44,142 nt of DNA from a virus (lineage: Duplodnaviria; Caudoviricetes). Position numbers and translations under genes: made by a program. Positions 16,983 to 25,720 of the stretch are shown here, piece by piece. A model generated the notes under the pieces. That model was not told the DNA's origin and did no database searches. It saw only the letters and a list, made by a program, of their open reading frames with translations. Numbering within the stretch: position 1 is the stretch's first letter; each line of letters starts with the position of its first letter. Where the stretch lies: the IMG/VR virus record IMGVR_UViG_3300029925_000031, one strand, 5' to 3'.

Positions 16983-17912
16983 TTATGCTGGCTGTGCTTC
17001 TCCCAGCGTTTGTATTGACCCAACGTGTCCTGTGGCAATCGCAACCGCTTCTGGGTCTGCTCCACTTCCAGTAGGCGTAGCTACTGGAATATTTACAGGA
17101 GTAGTGGTAGGTTCTGGAGTGCCATTCACTTTGAGTAACTTATGCTCGGCAAAAAGCCTGTCAGCCATGTCTTTTGGAGTTATCTCTTTATTATCAACAA
17201 AATATTTAGTATATTCACCATTGTCGAGTTTGGTTTTTAATACTAAATTCCCATTTTCGTTAACAAGTTCTACTCCCCGTTTATGAAGTTCGTTTTGAAA
17301 TATGCTTGATGCAACTCCGATATTTACATCTTTACTCACATCCATAGCATAATTATAATTAGAGAACATATTTTTAAGTTGAAGCTCCTGCATTAAACTT
17401 TCGTAACCGTCAATCATTTCTTTATGTTCAGCAGAAGATACAGTACTGTCTTTAATACCTGAAAGCTCGCCATTTAATCGATCTATCTCGCCTTGAAGTT
17501 CTGATTTTACTTCTGGGTTAGTAGTTCCGGCTTTTGTTTCTTCTAAGACCTTAATAGCTGTTTGATGTGCCTTTAAAACACTACTTGCAAACAAGTCCAT
17601 CCTATTATAAGTTCCCTTAGTGTTTTTTAGTGTCTCAATAAAAGTATCATCCATCCCGAAGGTATCTTTAGCTAAAGTATTGAGCTTGTCGTCCACCGGA
17701 TTGAGCGATTCCGCTTTTAGTTTATTTACTATCTCAGGGTTGTTTAAAGCTGCGTCCATTGTCATAAGGGAGCTTTGTATTTTACTTCCGAGATCGTCTG
17801 CTATTTCTGCGGTGGCTACTTCTTTAATAGCCATTAATTTAACGAGGTTTTCGTCCTTCTCGTCAATGCCTGCTGTCTTTGCTAATGAGTTTAATAAATC
17901 TCCTAATATCAT
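16983..17912 (-). CDS. Capsid scaffolding protein
   Basis: Acidic coiled coil with a P/T/G-rich C-terminal tail, directly upstream of the capsid gene. Confidence 0.7.
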   Translation of the reverse strand: MILGDLLNSLAKTAGIDEKDENLVKLMAIKEVATAEIADDLGSKIQSSLMTMDAALNNPEIVNKLKAESLNPVDDKLNTLAKDTFGMDDTFIETLKNTKGTYNRMDLFASSVLKAHQTAIKVLEETKAGTTNPEVKSELQGEIDRLNGELSGIKDSTVSSAEHKEMIDGYESLMQELQLKNMFSNYNYAMDVSKDVNIGVASSIFQNELHKRGVELVNENGNLVLKTKLDNGEYTKYFVDNKEITPKDMADRLFAEHKLLKVNGTPEPTTTPVNIPVATPTGSGADPEAVAIATGHVGSIQTLGEAQPA

Positions 17913-17926
17913 AATTTATGTTTTAA

Positions 17927-18130
17927 TTATCTTCCCCTTGCACTTAATTGTGCAAAGCGTTTAGTTCCAAATTTTTGTCTTCCTATTTTAGCACAAAGGG
18001 CTTCCGGGTCTTTTGCACCTTTTGCTCTCATTTTTGCAACACACTTTCTAAATCTTTCTCCAGTCCCTAACTTGCCTTTAAAGGGAGGGTTGTTTGGTTT
18101 ACGCCTTTCTGCCGGTGTATGTGATGGCAT
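17927..18130 (-). CDS. Small highly basic protein
   Basis: K/R-rich 67 aa; GTG.RF...DPEAL.A.IGR.K.G. Confidence 0.6.
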   Translation of the reverse strand: MPSHTPAERRKPNNPPFKGKLGTGERFRKCVAKMRAKGAKDPEALCAKIGRQKFGTKRFAQLSARGR

Positions 18131-18492
18131 TATATAAGTTCGCTGATTCGCTGTTTAGCTGCATCTTTTACCGTTTTACGGGTCTCGCCTTTAAGAACAA
18201 TACCAATATCTTCCCATGATTCAGATTTCTCAATCCAGTCAATAAGTTCGCCTGCTAATATTTTGTTGTCTTTAAAAAGCTCTCCAAGTAAACTTGCCTT
18301 AGTTTTTTCAACGGTTGCTATTGGAGCTGCTACTGGAATTACTGGTGCGGGAGGTTTAGGATATTCAACTTTCTGAATCTTATCTTGTAAAAGTCTTAAA
18401 GTGTTATCGAGATTTATGCGGGGCATAATATAAGGAAGCCCCTCTTTTAAGTATATTCGCACTTCGTCTGGTGCTAAAAGTTGATCGCTCAT
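18130..18492 (-). CDS. Hypothetical head-module protein with Pro-rich linker
   Basis: ORF, coupled to the next gene. Confidence 0.55.
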   Translation of the reverse strand: MSDQLLAPDEVRIYLKEGLPYIMPRINLDNTLRLLQDKIQKVEYPKPPAPVIPVAAPIATVEKTKASLLGELFKDNKILAGELIDWIEKSESWEDIGIVLKGETRKTVKDAAKQRISELI

Positions 18493-18517
18493 AAGAATAG
18501 GTTTTGATTATTTACGT

Positions 18518-18579
18518 CAAAAATATATTTAAAGTTGTTTGTTTTTACGATATATTGGTTATATTTGCAGTAATTACTG
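18518..18579. promoter_or_regulatory. Divergent promoters with palindromic operator
   Basis: Minus -7 TATTTTTG (18518-18525); plus TTTG-N18-TATATTTG (18538-18567); perfect palindrome CAGTAATTACTG (18568-18579). Confidence 0.5.
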
Positions 18580-18585
18580 TTAATT

Positions 18586-18804
18586 ATGCAACGAGCAAGC
18601 GTAGATGAATGTTCTGAATATACTGCACAACTTTGTAAAGCAGAGAAAGACGCAATTAAACAAAAACAAGATGAACACCGAGGGGAAACAGGCAGATATT
18701 TAACCATTCCCAGAGCAATTAAAAAAATCATTAGAGAATGGAAACAATTAAAAGCATTATCGCAAGCACAAGAAGATGCTATTAAAGTTATAAATAAATT
18801 TTAA
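18586..18804 (+). CDS. Small counter-oriented protein, possible ribbon-helix-helix regulator
   Basis: Fills a gap in minus-strand coding, has its own promoter; LTIPRAIKKIIREW helix. Confidence 0.55.
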   Translation: MQRASVDECSEYTAQLCKAEKDAIKQKQDEHRGETGRYLTIPRAIKKIIREWKQLKALSQAQEDAIKVINKF

Positions 18805-18888
18805 AAATGGTAAATGGAATATTAATCTATGTCACAGGTATTTGTTTATGGTTGGGCGGGTTTTTAATTGGGATTGGAATTGGAAAAA

Positions 18889-19437
18889 TCACTTCACACT
18901 CGAATACCGATAATGATAAATAGGTTTATCTGTTGTTTCCTCAGTTATAATAAGCCCTGAATTTCTAATCTGCAAAGCCCAGTCGGTATCTTCTCCATGA
19001 TTAAGTTCGGGAAATCTAAATTGTTTGGCTATACTTGAGCGGATAGGGTTAAGATGATTAGGTGGTCGGTAAAAAATTCCAAACTGTTCAAAATAACTTC
19101 CATGTCTCATAGAGTGTTCAAATCTCTTATGATAGAAGCCGTCTGTATTCATTATACCTATTATATGAACACAATCGGGGTCACTTTCAAGGGCTTTTAG
19201 GATGATTCTTATATACTCTGCATCCACCCAGTCATCATCATCTACAAAACAAACATACTCACCTTTAGCTCTATTAAGGAGTTTGTTTCTTTTAGCTCCG
19301 ATAGACATTTGCCCCTCATCGCATTCATATAATATTTCAACATCGCATTCATATACCTGTCTATCAAGCTCAGCCTTTAGAATCTTGAATAAAGTTTTGC
19401 GCTTTTCTAATGTACAAATAAGCACGCTTAATTTCAT
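18889..19437 (-). CDS. Glycosyltransferase family 2 (GT-A)
   Basis: LSVLICT, IGAKRN, GEYVCFVDDDD, GED. Confidence 0.9.
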   Translation of the reverse strand: MKLSVLICTLEKRKTLFKILKAELDRQVYECDVEILYECDEGQMSIGAKRNKLLNRAKGEYVCFVDDDDWVDAEYIRIILKALESDPDCVHIIGIMNTDGFYHKRFEHSMRHGSYFEQFGIFYRPPNHLNPIRSSIAKQFRFPELNHGEDTDWALQIRNSGLIITEETTDKPIYHYRYSSVK

Positions 19438-19991
19438 ATCGCCTCTGTTACTTTAGGGTCGAATATATAAGTATGGATAATCTTATCTATCTTGTATTGA
19501 GTTTTTGCCTTGTGTATGAATTTCTTCACCCATCCCCAATCCTCGCCATACATCAGATCAGGGAATTTGTGTCTTTTTACAAGATCGGTTCTCCACACAC
19601 AAATATGATATGGTTTTCTTTTTGTCACTTCGTTGGGCTTGAACTGTTCATTCTTGTTATTGAGGTCGAAGTCAATAGTGCCTTTCATCTCGCCTATGAC
19701 TGCTCTCTGTTTGAATACAATCACATCCGGCTTTTCTTTTATTCCCTTTAGAATACTATCTATATAATCATCACTTACCCAGTCGTCATCGTCCACATAA
19801 CATATATATTCTCCCTGTACAAGTCCTTTTAGAGCTTCTCTTTTAGCTCCTATGGTTCGTTTTTTGTTGTCGATAAATCCCAACACCTCTACTTCATTAG
19901 TAGCTTGTCTCTCCAGTTTAGTGTATATCTTTTGAAACCTGTCCCATCTTGAAGGTATAGCGGGGATTAAGATTGAGAGTCTTATCGGCAT
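19434..19991 (-). CDS. Glycosyltransferase family 2 (paralogue of the adjacent gene)
   Basis: LSILIP, IGAKR, GEYICYVDDDD, GED. Confidence 0.9.
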   Translation of the reverse strand: MPIRLSILIPAIPSRWDRFQKIYTKLERQATNEVEVLGFIDNKKRTIGAKREALKGLVQGEYICYVDDDDWVSDDYIDSILKGIKEKPDVIVFKQRAVIGEMKGTIDFDLNNKNEQFKPNEVTKRKPYHICVWRTDLVKRHKFPDLMYGEDWGWVKKFIHKAKTQYKIDKIIHTYIFDPKVTEAI

Positions 19992-20563
19992 AGTATAATA
20001 TTCTCGGCATTACTATAGACTTCCTTCCATCCTGCCATATAGCTTTTAACTTCTTTTCTGTGTTCATAACTACACTCTAAACAGATCATCCCTACACTAT
20101 ACAGGTCTACTTGTTTTAAGATGTCTATTCCTAACCTATCGTTCTCTACGTCAATACTAACAAAGTTAAACTGTTTGTATTTTGACTTCTCTAATAAGTC
20201 ACTGAGGGTAAAACAAGGTACTGTTATCTTATCAAATTTACTTCCGTAGTCTTTTGTCCATTTGTCTACATGGTTCTTGTCAATTGAGGAGAGTGCATCA
20301 CCATTGCTATCGTATAGCTCTATTTCTCCTGTATGCCCTGTAATGGCACATCCATACACTTCTACATCTGTATCCTTATAGAACTCCTCTAAGACGGGAT
20401 AACAATTAGGTGACGGCTCAACACACATACCCACCCATCCTCTCTCGTATAACGCCCTGACGTTTGAGAACTTCTCGGGATGATAAGCGCCTATATCTAA
20501 AAAGACTCCTGTATCACCGAAGTAATTAAGTATATACTGCTCTTCTTCTCTTTGACTAAACAT
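19982..20563 (-). CDS. FkbM-family methyltransferase
   Basis: FSQ.EE, FLDIGAY, VEP.P, FVSIDVE. Confidence 0.9.
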   Translation of the reverse strand: MFSQREEEQYILNYFGDTGVFLDIGAYHPEKFSNVRALYERGWVGMCVEPSPNCYPVLEEFYKDTDVEVYGCAITGHTGEIELYDSNGDALSSIDKNHVDKWTKDYGSKFDKITVPCFTLSDLLEKSKYKQFNFVSIDVENDRLGIDILKQVDLYSVGMICLECSYEHRKEVKSYMAGWKEVYSNAENIILCR

Positions 20564-21098
20564 TTATTTTTTTTGTTATTCGTTTTATCTTAATCTTAAT
20601 ACCAAAATAATCAAACACTCTTTGTAGTTTTTCATCGTTCATAAGATCAAGATATTCCAGTTCCATATAGTTTTTAATCTGAGATCGGGCAAGGTGGTAT
20701 ATTTTATCAACCTTATCCTTATACTTTTGGTACTCCGATTCATCATAAACTACATCACATTCCTTTTTTTCTCCTTTAAATAGATGCCATTGGCCAGTAA
20801 GTGACGCTCTTTTCTCTGAGAGGTATTGTTGTTTAACATCTTCCCTGTAAAGTAAAATCTTCGGATAATCTGAGCTTAAAATCTCTTTAAGGTCTTTCTC
20901 TGGCACAAATTCCATCTGTAGCTTAATACACTTTACCCTTTTAAACAACCATTTAAGGTATTCTAAACTACCTTGTGGTCTATCCTTATATCCTTCTCTA
21001 CTATGCTCTGAGTTATATGGTTCATATCCTACCCCGTCTTTTTCAAACATATAGTAAAGTAAGGATGACCCGGTACGCTTAGTAGAACAGATTATCAT
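20556..21098 (-). CDS. Sulfotransferase (Stf0-like)
   Basis: 5'-PSB loop STKRTGSSLL, EPYN, 3'-PB LLYRED..QYLS. Confidence 0.8.
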   Translation of the reverse strand: MIICSTKRTGSSLLYYMFEKDGVGYEPYNSEHSREGYKDRPQGSLEYLKWLFKRVKCIKLQMEFVPEKDLKEILSSDYPKILLYREDVKQQYLSEKRASLTGQWHLFKGEKKECDVVYDESEYQKYKDKVDKIYHLARSQIKNYMELEYLDLMNDEKLQRVFDYFGIKIKIKRITKKINV

Positions 21099-21769
21099 TT
21101 CTTTACATATACTACGCCCATTCCTCCTTCGACAGAATGGAAATTCAATAATCTGGGGTATATTGTTTTCGCATAATCTACCACTGCTTTACGACACCCT
21201 GTTAGGGCATAATCATCAATAATAAGATAACCGCCTTTTACTAACTTAGGATAAAGATATTCTAAACAAACCTTAGTACTTGAATAAAGATCACCGTCCA
21301 ATCTAAGAAGGGCTATTTTTTTTATCTTGTTCATAGGCAAGGTGTTCTCAAACCATCCCTCTATATACCTTATATCCATCGTTCCCAACCCCCATTCTTT
21401 GATGTGGTCTTTTACCTGTTTGACTGTAAAAACTGCTGCACCGCTTGTTTTTAGGAGTTCTTTTTCAGGGACATTAACATTGTGATTAATCTTACCTATA
21501 CCCGGTTGTAGAGTGTCGTGCTTACCTGCTAAAGGTATACCCTGGTAAGAGTCATAAGCCCATATAGTACGGTTATCCTCTTTAGCTTGGCAAGCCAGTG
21601 CCATTGCTCCTATTTGTGAACCTCTGCCTACTCCACACTCTATAAAGTCGCCTTGTACATCGATACATTTCTCTGCTAACTCATAAGTATTACGGAGTGT
21701 TTCAAAAGTAGATGCTGCCCGCTTACCTATTGTTCGTAATCTGACCAATAATTCCGGTGATAGTTTCAT
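21095..21769 (-). CDS. TylF/MycF-family sugar O-methyltransferase
   Basis: GDFIECGV.RG, YDSYQG, GWFENTL, LRLDGDLYSST, IIDDY; probable start MKLSP at 21769. Confidence 0.9.
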   Translation of the reverse strand: MKLSPELLVRLRTIGKRAASTFETLRNTYELAEKCIDVQGDFIECGVGRGSQIGAMALACQAKEDNRTIWAYDSYQGIPLAGKHDTLQPGIGKINHNVNVPEKELLKTSGAAVFTVKQVKDHIKEWGLGTMDIRYIEGWFENTLPMNKIKKIALLRLDGDLYSSTKVCLEYLYPKLVKGGYLIIDDYALTGCRKAVVDYAKTIYPRLLNFHSVEGGMGVVYVKK

Positions 21770-22187
21770 TTTTTGCCGTATATTCTTTTTTGTCGTTTGT
21801 CCACAACCCCCAGTCAATAACATTAATAATCCCCTTATTTACGCATAGGTTCTTGTGAGCCTTTTTACCATTTACTATCTTAGTAAAGTCTGTATGAAAA
21901 ACCTTTTTTTCATTAAAGACTGTTTCAATTTCTTTACATTGTTGTTCCCAATTTTTAGGAAGGTTATCTTTGGTAAGTCGTTCACCGCAATAGGTCATCC
22001 AAATAACTCTGTTACCGATCTTTATGACTTGCGGGAAATGTTTTTTACCGTTTAATCTCTCCAGTGCGTCAATTTCTTTAGCCCAATGATCGCTTATATT
22101 TCTTAGTTTGTATTTTTGTTCATCGGGTAAGTAAACTTTTTTTATTATCCCATTCTCCAAGTATACATTTGATACCATCCCTCTCAT
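21723..22187 (-). CDS. Minimal protein-kinase-fold enzyme (Kdo/LPS/WbdD-kinase-like)
   Basis: IIKK, E..AL.RL, FP.VI, MTYCG, HTD....N, IDWG. Confidence 0.75.
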   Translation of the reverse strand: MRGMVSNVYLENGIIKKVYLPDEQKYKLRNISDHWAKEIDALERLNGKKHFPQVIKIGNRVIWMTYCGERLTKDNLPKNWEQQCKEIETVFNEKKVFHTDFTKIVNGKKAHKNLCVNKGIINVIDWGLWTNDKKEYTAKNETITGIIGQITNNR

Positions 22188-22771
22188 TTCCTGTAGTGTA
22201 TAAATGGTCTTATAAGTTCCCTGTCTTTTATTTTTTTTACCGATATAAGGGTAAGCTGTTCAAATAAAGTCTTTGTCAGAGGTTTCCAGTAGCTCTCAGG
22301 CTCGTTAAGTGTGGAGTTGGGCAGATGATAACCTTTGGGATGTCCTTCTAAAAATAAGTGTCCATTAGGATTGAGCATACTTATAAGACACTTTCCAAAC
22401 TCTTCCATAGGCATATCTACATAAATATGAAAAGCCAAACAAAGAATGATGTCAAACTTTTGATTAAGGCATTTGAAGTTTTGATGTGCGAGATTACAAT
22501 TAGTGATACTGCAGGATTGTATCTCCCTTACTCCGTAATCAATCTGATTTTTGTCGCTGTCTATTCCTAAGTAGTGTTGAATGTGAGGAGAGAGGAAAAC
22601 CCCAAAGAATCCCCGATTGCAACCTAAGTCCAGTACTATCGAATCTTTTGTGACGTAATCTAACAGCCCGTAGTCTTTAACCCTGTCAGGAATAGAGCGG
22701 TTGGCTTTGGCTGGTTCGCCTTTAGTGTTTGTTTCTAAAGACTGGTAGTCGGGAAACATATTAAAACTCAT
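22184..22771 (-). CDS. Class I SAM-dependent methyltransferase
   Basis: VLDLGCNRGFF, GIDSD, FDIILCLA, L.PNG.LFLE. Confidence 0.85.
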   Translation of the reverse strand: MSFNMFPDYQSLETNTKGEPAKANRSIPDRVKDYGLLDYVTKDSIVLDLGCNRGFFGVFLSPHIQHYLGIDSDKNQIDYGVREIQSCSITNCNLAHQNFKCLNQKFDIILCLAFHIYVDMPMEEFGKCLISMLNPNGHLFLEGHPKGYHLPNSTLNEPESYWKPLTKTLFEQLTLISVKKIKDRELIRPFIHYRK

Positions 22772-23445
22772 ATTCCTTGTGCTAACATTACAACTGTTTC
22801 TGGCGGAGTTTCATATTGTTCTCCCACATAAGCCATTAATAGATTCTCAGGTAAAGCAGACATCTTTAATTGATTTGCTATTATACTTCCGCAAGTCATA
22901 TCATGCCGACAACCTTTACAACGTGGGTCTGCGGATTCACAATTGTTATCATTGTTCCACGAGCCTTTAAATTGACCATCTAACATTGCTTGTTTCCAGC
23001 GTGTAAAAAACTCATTGGCGATTTCTGTTTCAAAATCAAGTGCAAAAAATCCACCATTGCCGTGCATCTCCATATCCATAGCCTCATCTCTGGTGATTCC
23101 AAAGCATTCTAATTGGCTGTCACTCGACCAAGTTCCACACAGATGTCCTGCGTACTGCTTCATGTGTCCGTGTTTATCAAGATGTTCCCATATAGGATCG
23201 AGAGGTTTTATGGCATATATAGAAGCATCTACCCAAAGTATCTTAGTGTATCCTGCTTTTAACGCTTGGTCAAAGGCATAAATCTTAAAAGCGTAAGGAT
23301 TGTCTTTATGTAGTGGTGCGCCTATTGAGACTTCTTTTGTCCAACTTAAAAAAGTACCATCAAATCCAACTTCTAAAAGAGACCTACTAAGTCTGTCCTG
23401 ACCTTTTATATACCTGCCTGTAGCTACGTTAATTATTGCTTTCAT
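22768..23445 (-). CDS. GT-A fold nucleotide-diphospho-sugar transferase
   Basis: YAFKIYAF, ILWVDAS, RHD motifs. Confidence 0.75.
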   Translation of the reverse strand: MKAIINVATGRYIKGQDRLSRSLLEVGFDGTFLSWTKEVSIGAPLHKDNPYAFKIYAFDQALKAGYTKILWVDASIYAIKPLDPIWEHLDKHGHMKQYAGHLCGTWSSDSQLECFGITRDEAMDMEMHGNGGFFALDFETEIANEFFTRWKQAMLDGQFKGSWNNDNNCESADPRCKGCRHDMTCGSIIANQLKMSALPENLLMAYVGEQYETPPETVVMLAQGI

Positions 23446-23681
23446 TTTGGAATTCCGTATTTTTTCATATTATCAATGGCAAATGCTATATGTGAAGTAG
23501 AGAACCCATTCCAATTTGTTGTTTTAGGGGCAATATCCTTTAATTTATTATGGAATGATATAGAATAAGCCTCGCACCACTTTCTAATGTTTTTATCCTG
23601 CTTATCAAATACTACAACATATCCATTAGATAAAAGCCATATACTATTTATTCGGGAATCCTTCTGCTTTTCTTCGTTCAT
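23442..23681 (-). CDS. Hypothetical protein within the glycan operon
   Basis: Overlaps both neighbours. Confidence 0.5.
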   Translation of the reverse strand: MNEEKQKDSRINSIWLLSNGYVVVFDKQDKNIRKWCEAYSISFHNKLKDIAPKTTNWNGFSTSHIAFAIDNMKKYGIPK

Positions 23682-24315
23682 AAGTTGCTTTGTCTATGTT
23701 AAAAAATGCCTCGTTTCTATCGTAGAGTTTGTCTCTTTTGATTTGAGGATTGTTGGCAAAATGTTCATGTCTAAATATACAAGCGGTAAAGTAAGTCATC
23801 TTATCTAATCCTTTGGCTACTTCGGTAAATTCGTTATCGCAAAATAAACTATTGTAATCGGGATGGTATATAAATCCAAATCTGTCAAAATACTTTCTGC
23901 CTATTATACAAAGAGTGCAAATCCTGTCTTGATAGCCGTCATTAAACCACAATGTACCATCAGTGTCGGGGTAGTATTTAGTCATTGCTTGACGTATGAT
24001 TTCGTCCCATCCGTCTATTTGGGGTATCATGTCGTCAGATATGAGTACAATGATGTCCCAATCTTTCCCCTTTTCAATATCTCTATTACAGGCGTGGATT
24101 TTATTGTTTGATGTCCCACCTATTATAGTAGTACCATTAACACAACCTGCTTGTTTTACTTCTAATGTCATTGTAGGATCATCATGGTCTACTGAAACAA
24201 GATAATCAACATTCTTCCTATCTGTGGCTTTCTCATGTAGAAGCCGTAAGACGTTTAGGAATTGTTCAGGACGTGAACGGGTTGGGAGTTTAATTAAAAT
24301 GCGGTATGGTTTCAT
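23644..24315 (-). CDS. GT2-like glycosyltransferase
   Basis: LPTRSRP, VDHDD, ACN, VLISDD, FCDNE, F.H.H. Confidence 0.8.
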   Translation of the reverse strand: MKPYRILIKLPTRSRPEQFLNVLRLLHEKATDRKNVDYLVSVDHDDPTMTLEVKQAGCVNGTTIIGGTSNNKIHACNRDIEKGKDWDIIVLISDDMIPQIDGWDEIIRQAMTKYYPDTDGTLWFNDGYQDRICTLCIIGRKYFDRFGFIYHPDYNSLFCDNEFTEVAKGLDKMTYFTACIFRHEHFANNPQIKRDKLYDRNEAFFNIDKATYERRKAEGFPNK

Positions 24316-24614
24316 AGTTCCAAATTAGCATAAATAAAGTCATACATATCAGGATTTTGTTGCTTATAGACAAGGTACATCTCAAGTTCATCCATTAATT
24401 CTTCTGCTTTTATTACTTTTTCTGCCAAACTTTCTAAGGTATCATCTTTTAAAATATGTAATACTATTTTACAGCGCCATTTATCAAATGATACCAAAGG
24501 TTTATCATCTTCAGAGATCATGCTATTCTCGTTCCACATAATATCTACCTTGCCTGATTCTTTTAGAGTTTTTAATGATTCTAAAATCGGCTTATAATCT
24601 GCATTTGATTTCAT
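24312..24614 (-). CDS. Hypothetical acidic protein, first gene of the glycan operon
   Basis: ORF, ATGA-coupled to the GT gene. Confidence 0.6.
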   Translation of the reverse strand: MKSNADYKPILESLKTLKESGKVDIMWNENSMISEDDKPLVSFDKWRCKIVLHILKDDTLESLAEKVIKAEELMDELEMYLVYKQQNPDMYDFIYANLEL

Positions 24615-24637
24615 AATAGTAAGGTTAGTTAATAGGT

Positions 24638-24757
24638 CGCCCCATCAGCAACTAACGAGCGTTCCCACAGAGTAGGTCGTTAATCACTTTCAGGGACGTT
24701 GTTTGAGATTTCATAGGGAACGCTGGACAAAGATACTACTAATTTATTAAAAACAAA
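24638..24757 (-). promoter_or_regulatory. Promoter and structured leader with a 20-aa uORF (24652-24714)
   Basis: TTTG-N18-TATCTTTG (24728-24757); AGCGTTCCC/GGGAACGCT stem; uORF MKSQTTSLKVINDLLCGNAR*. Confidence 0.55.
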
Positions 24758-24791
24758 AATCCCCCAATCTTTTTTCAAAGAAATGAGGGAT
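24755..24791 (-). terminator. Intrinsic terminator after the minor head gene
   Basis: ATCCCTCA/TGGGGGAT stem followed by TTTT. Confidence 0.6.
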
Positions 24792-24832
24792 AATTGTAAC
24801 CTCTAAAACATGTTCAAAGATAATCATTATTT

Positions 24833-25720
24833 TTAATCTGCAAACTTTTCTCTGATTTCTTCTGGTACAAATTCCTCATTTACAGGGCTTACTATGTGGT
24901 TACACTGAAATCCTCCGGCTAATGAGCGGAAATTTCCCGCATCGGTATTGGGTTTTAGCCCTTGTAAGCTGATTTTCTTACCGCTTATATTACCTTTAGT
25001 GACCTCACCGAACTCTGATATATGTATCCATTTTTTCTTAACTAAAGCTCTACAAAAGTCCCTACTCTCATCAACTAAAGACCCTGTATAGATAAACCAC
25101 TTAAAATCCAAATCATCACTTACTATTTGGTTATACTCTCTTGCGAACCCATTTAAGGCATCAGTAGTCAACACATGGGCATGTCTGGTTAAAGCACCTG
25201 CACCCGTGTCGGTCTTAGTTAAGAAGGTTCTCATCTCGTCTAAGAGATCGCCAAAGCTCGCTCCTTCTGTGATGTTTCGCTTGACGAGTTCCGCTGCCTT
25301 CTCAGCTACGTTAGCCCTTATACCCGCCTTAGTGAGTCCTTCGGTCATAGCTGTAATAGAAGTCTTTTTTAACTCCTTAACTAAGGCGGGTAGCTCAAAC
25401 CCCGCCTCTAAGGTAGCAAAGTATTGTGTCTGTAGTTCGGCTACCTTCTCAAAGGACTTACTAAACGTACTTACTTGTTTGAGGTATTTCTTATTAAGAA
25501 CAGCTCTCTGTATTTCTCTTTTTAACTTACTGATCTTACGCAGGTTCTTCACTGTAGAGCGTATATTACCTCTTCGGATGTCAAGGTCTTTTAAGAGTAA
25601 CTGAATACGTCTGAAAATCCCCGTTTGAAGTTTAGGGATGCTCTCATTAAAATTGTCAACTGAACCGTCTATTAACTCATTCAGTTGGCGGAGTAACCTC
25701 TGGCTCTTTTGGAAGGACAT
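24833..25720 (-). CDS. Minor head morphogenesis protein (SPP1 gp7/Mu gpF-like)
   Basis: Follows the portal; Y.G.L...SR.FC...GGFQCNH motif. Confidence 0.8.
   Translation of the reverse strand: MSFQKSQRLLRQLNELIDGSVDNFNESIPKLQTGIFRRIQLLLKDLDIRRGNIRSTVKNLRKISKLKREIQRAVLNKKYLKQVSTFSKSFEKVAELQTQYFATLEAGFELPALVKELKKTSITAMTEGLTKAGIRANVAEKAAELVKRNITEGASFGDLLDEMRTFLTKTDTGAGALTRHAHVLTTDALNGFAREYNQIVSDDLDFKWFIYTGSLVDESRDFCRALVKKKWIHISEFGEVTKGNISGKKISLQGLKPNTDAGNFRSLAGGFQCNHIVSPVNEEFVPEEIREKFAD

Noticed and set aside
18489-18731. 80-aa minus-strand ORF
   Set aside because: Shadow of the plus-strand gene and promoter region, with implausible composition
18889-24614. Operon as a DNA hypermodification or Gtr-type serotype-conversion system
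   Set aside because: No TET/JBP, hydroxymethylase or DNA polymerase gene, no flippase or membrane GT, and the location is late/structural. Disfavoured rather than excluded
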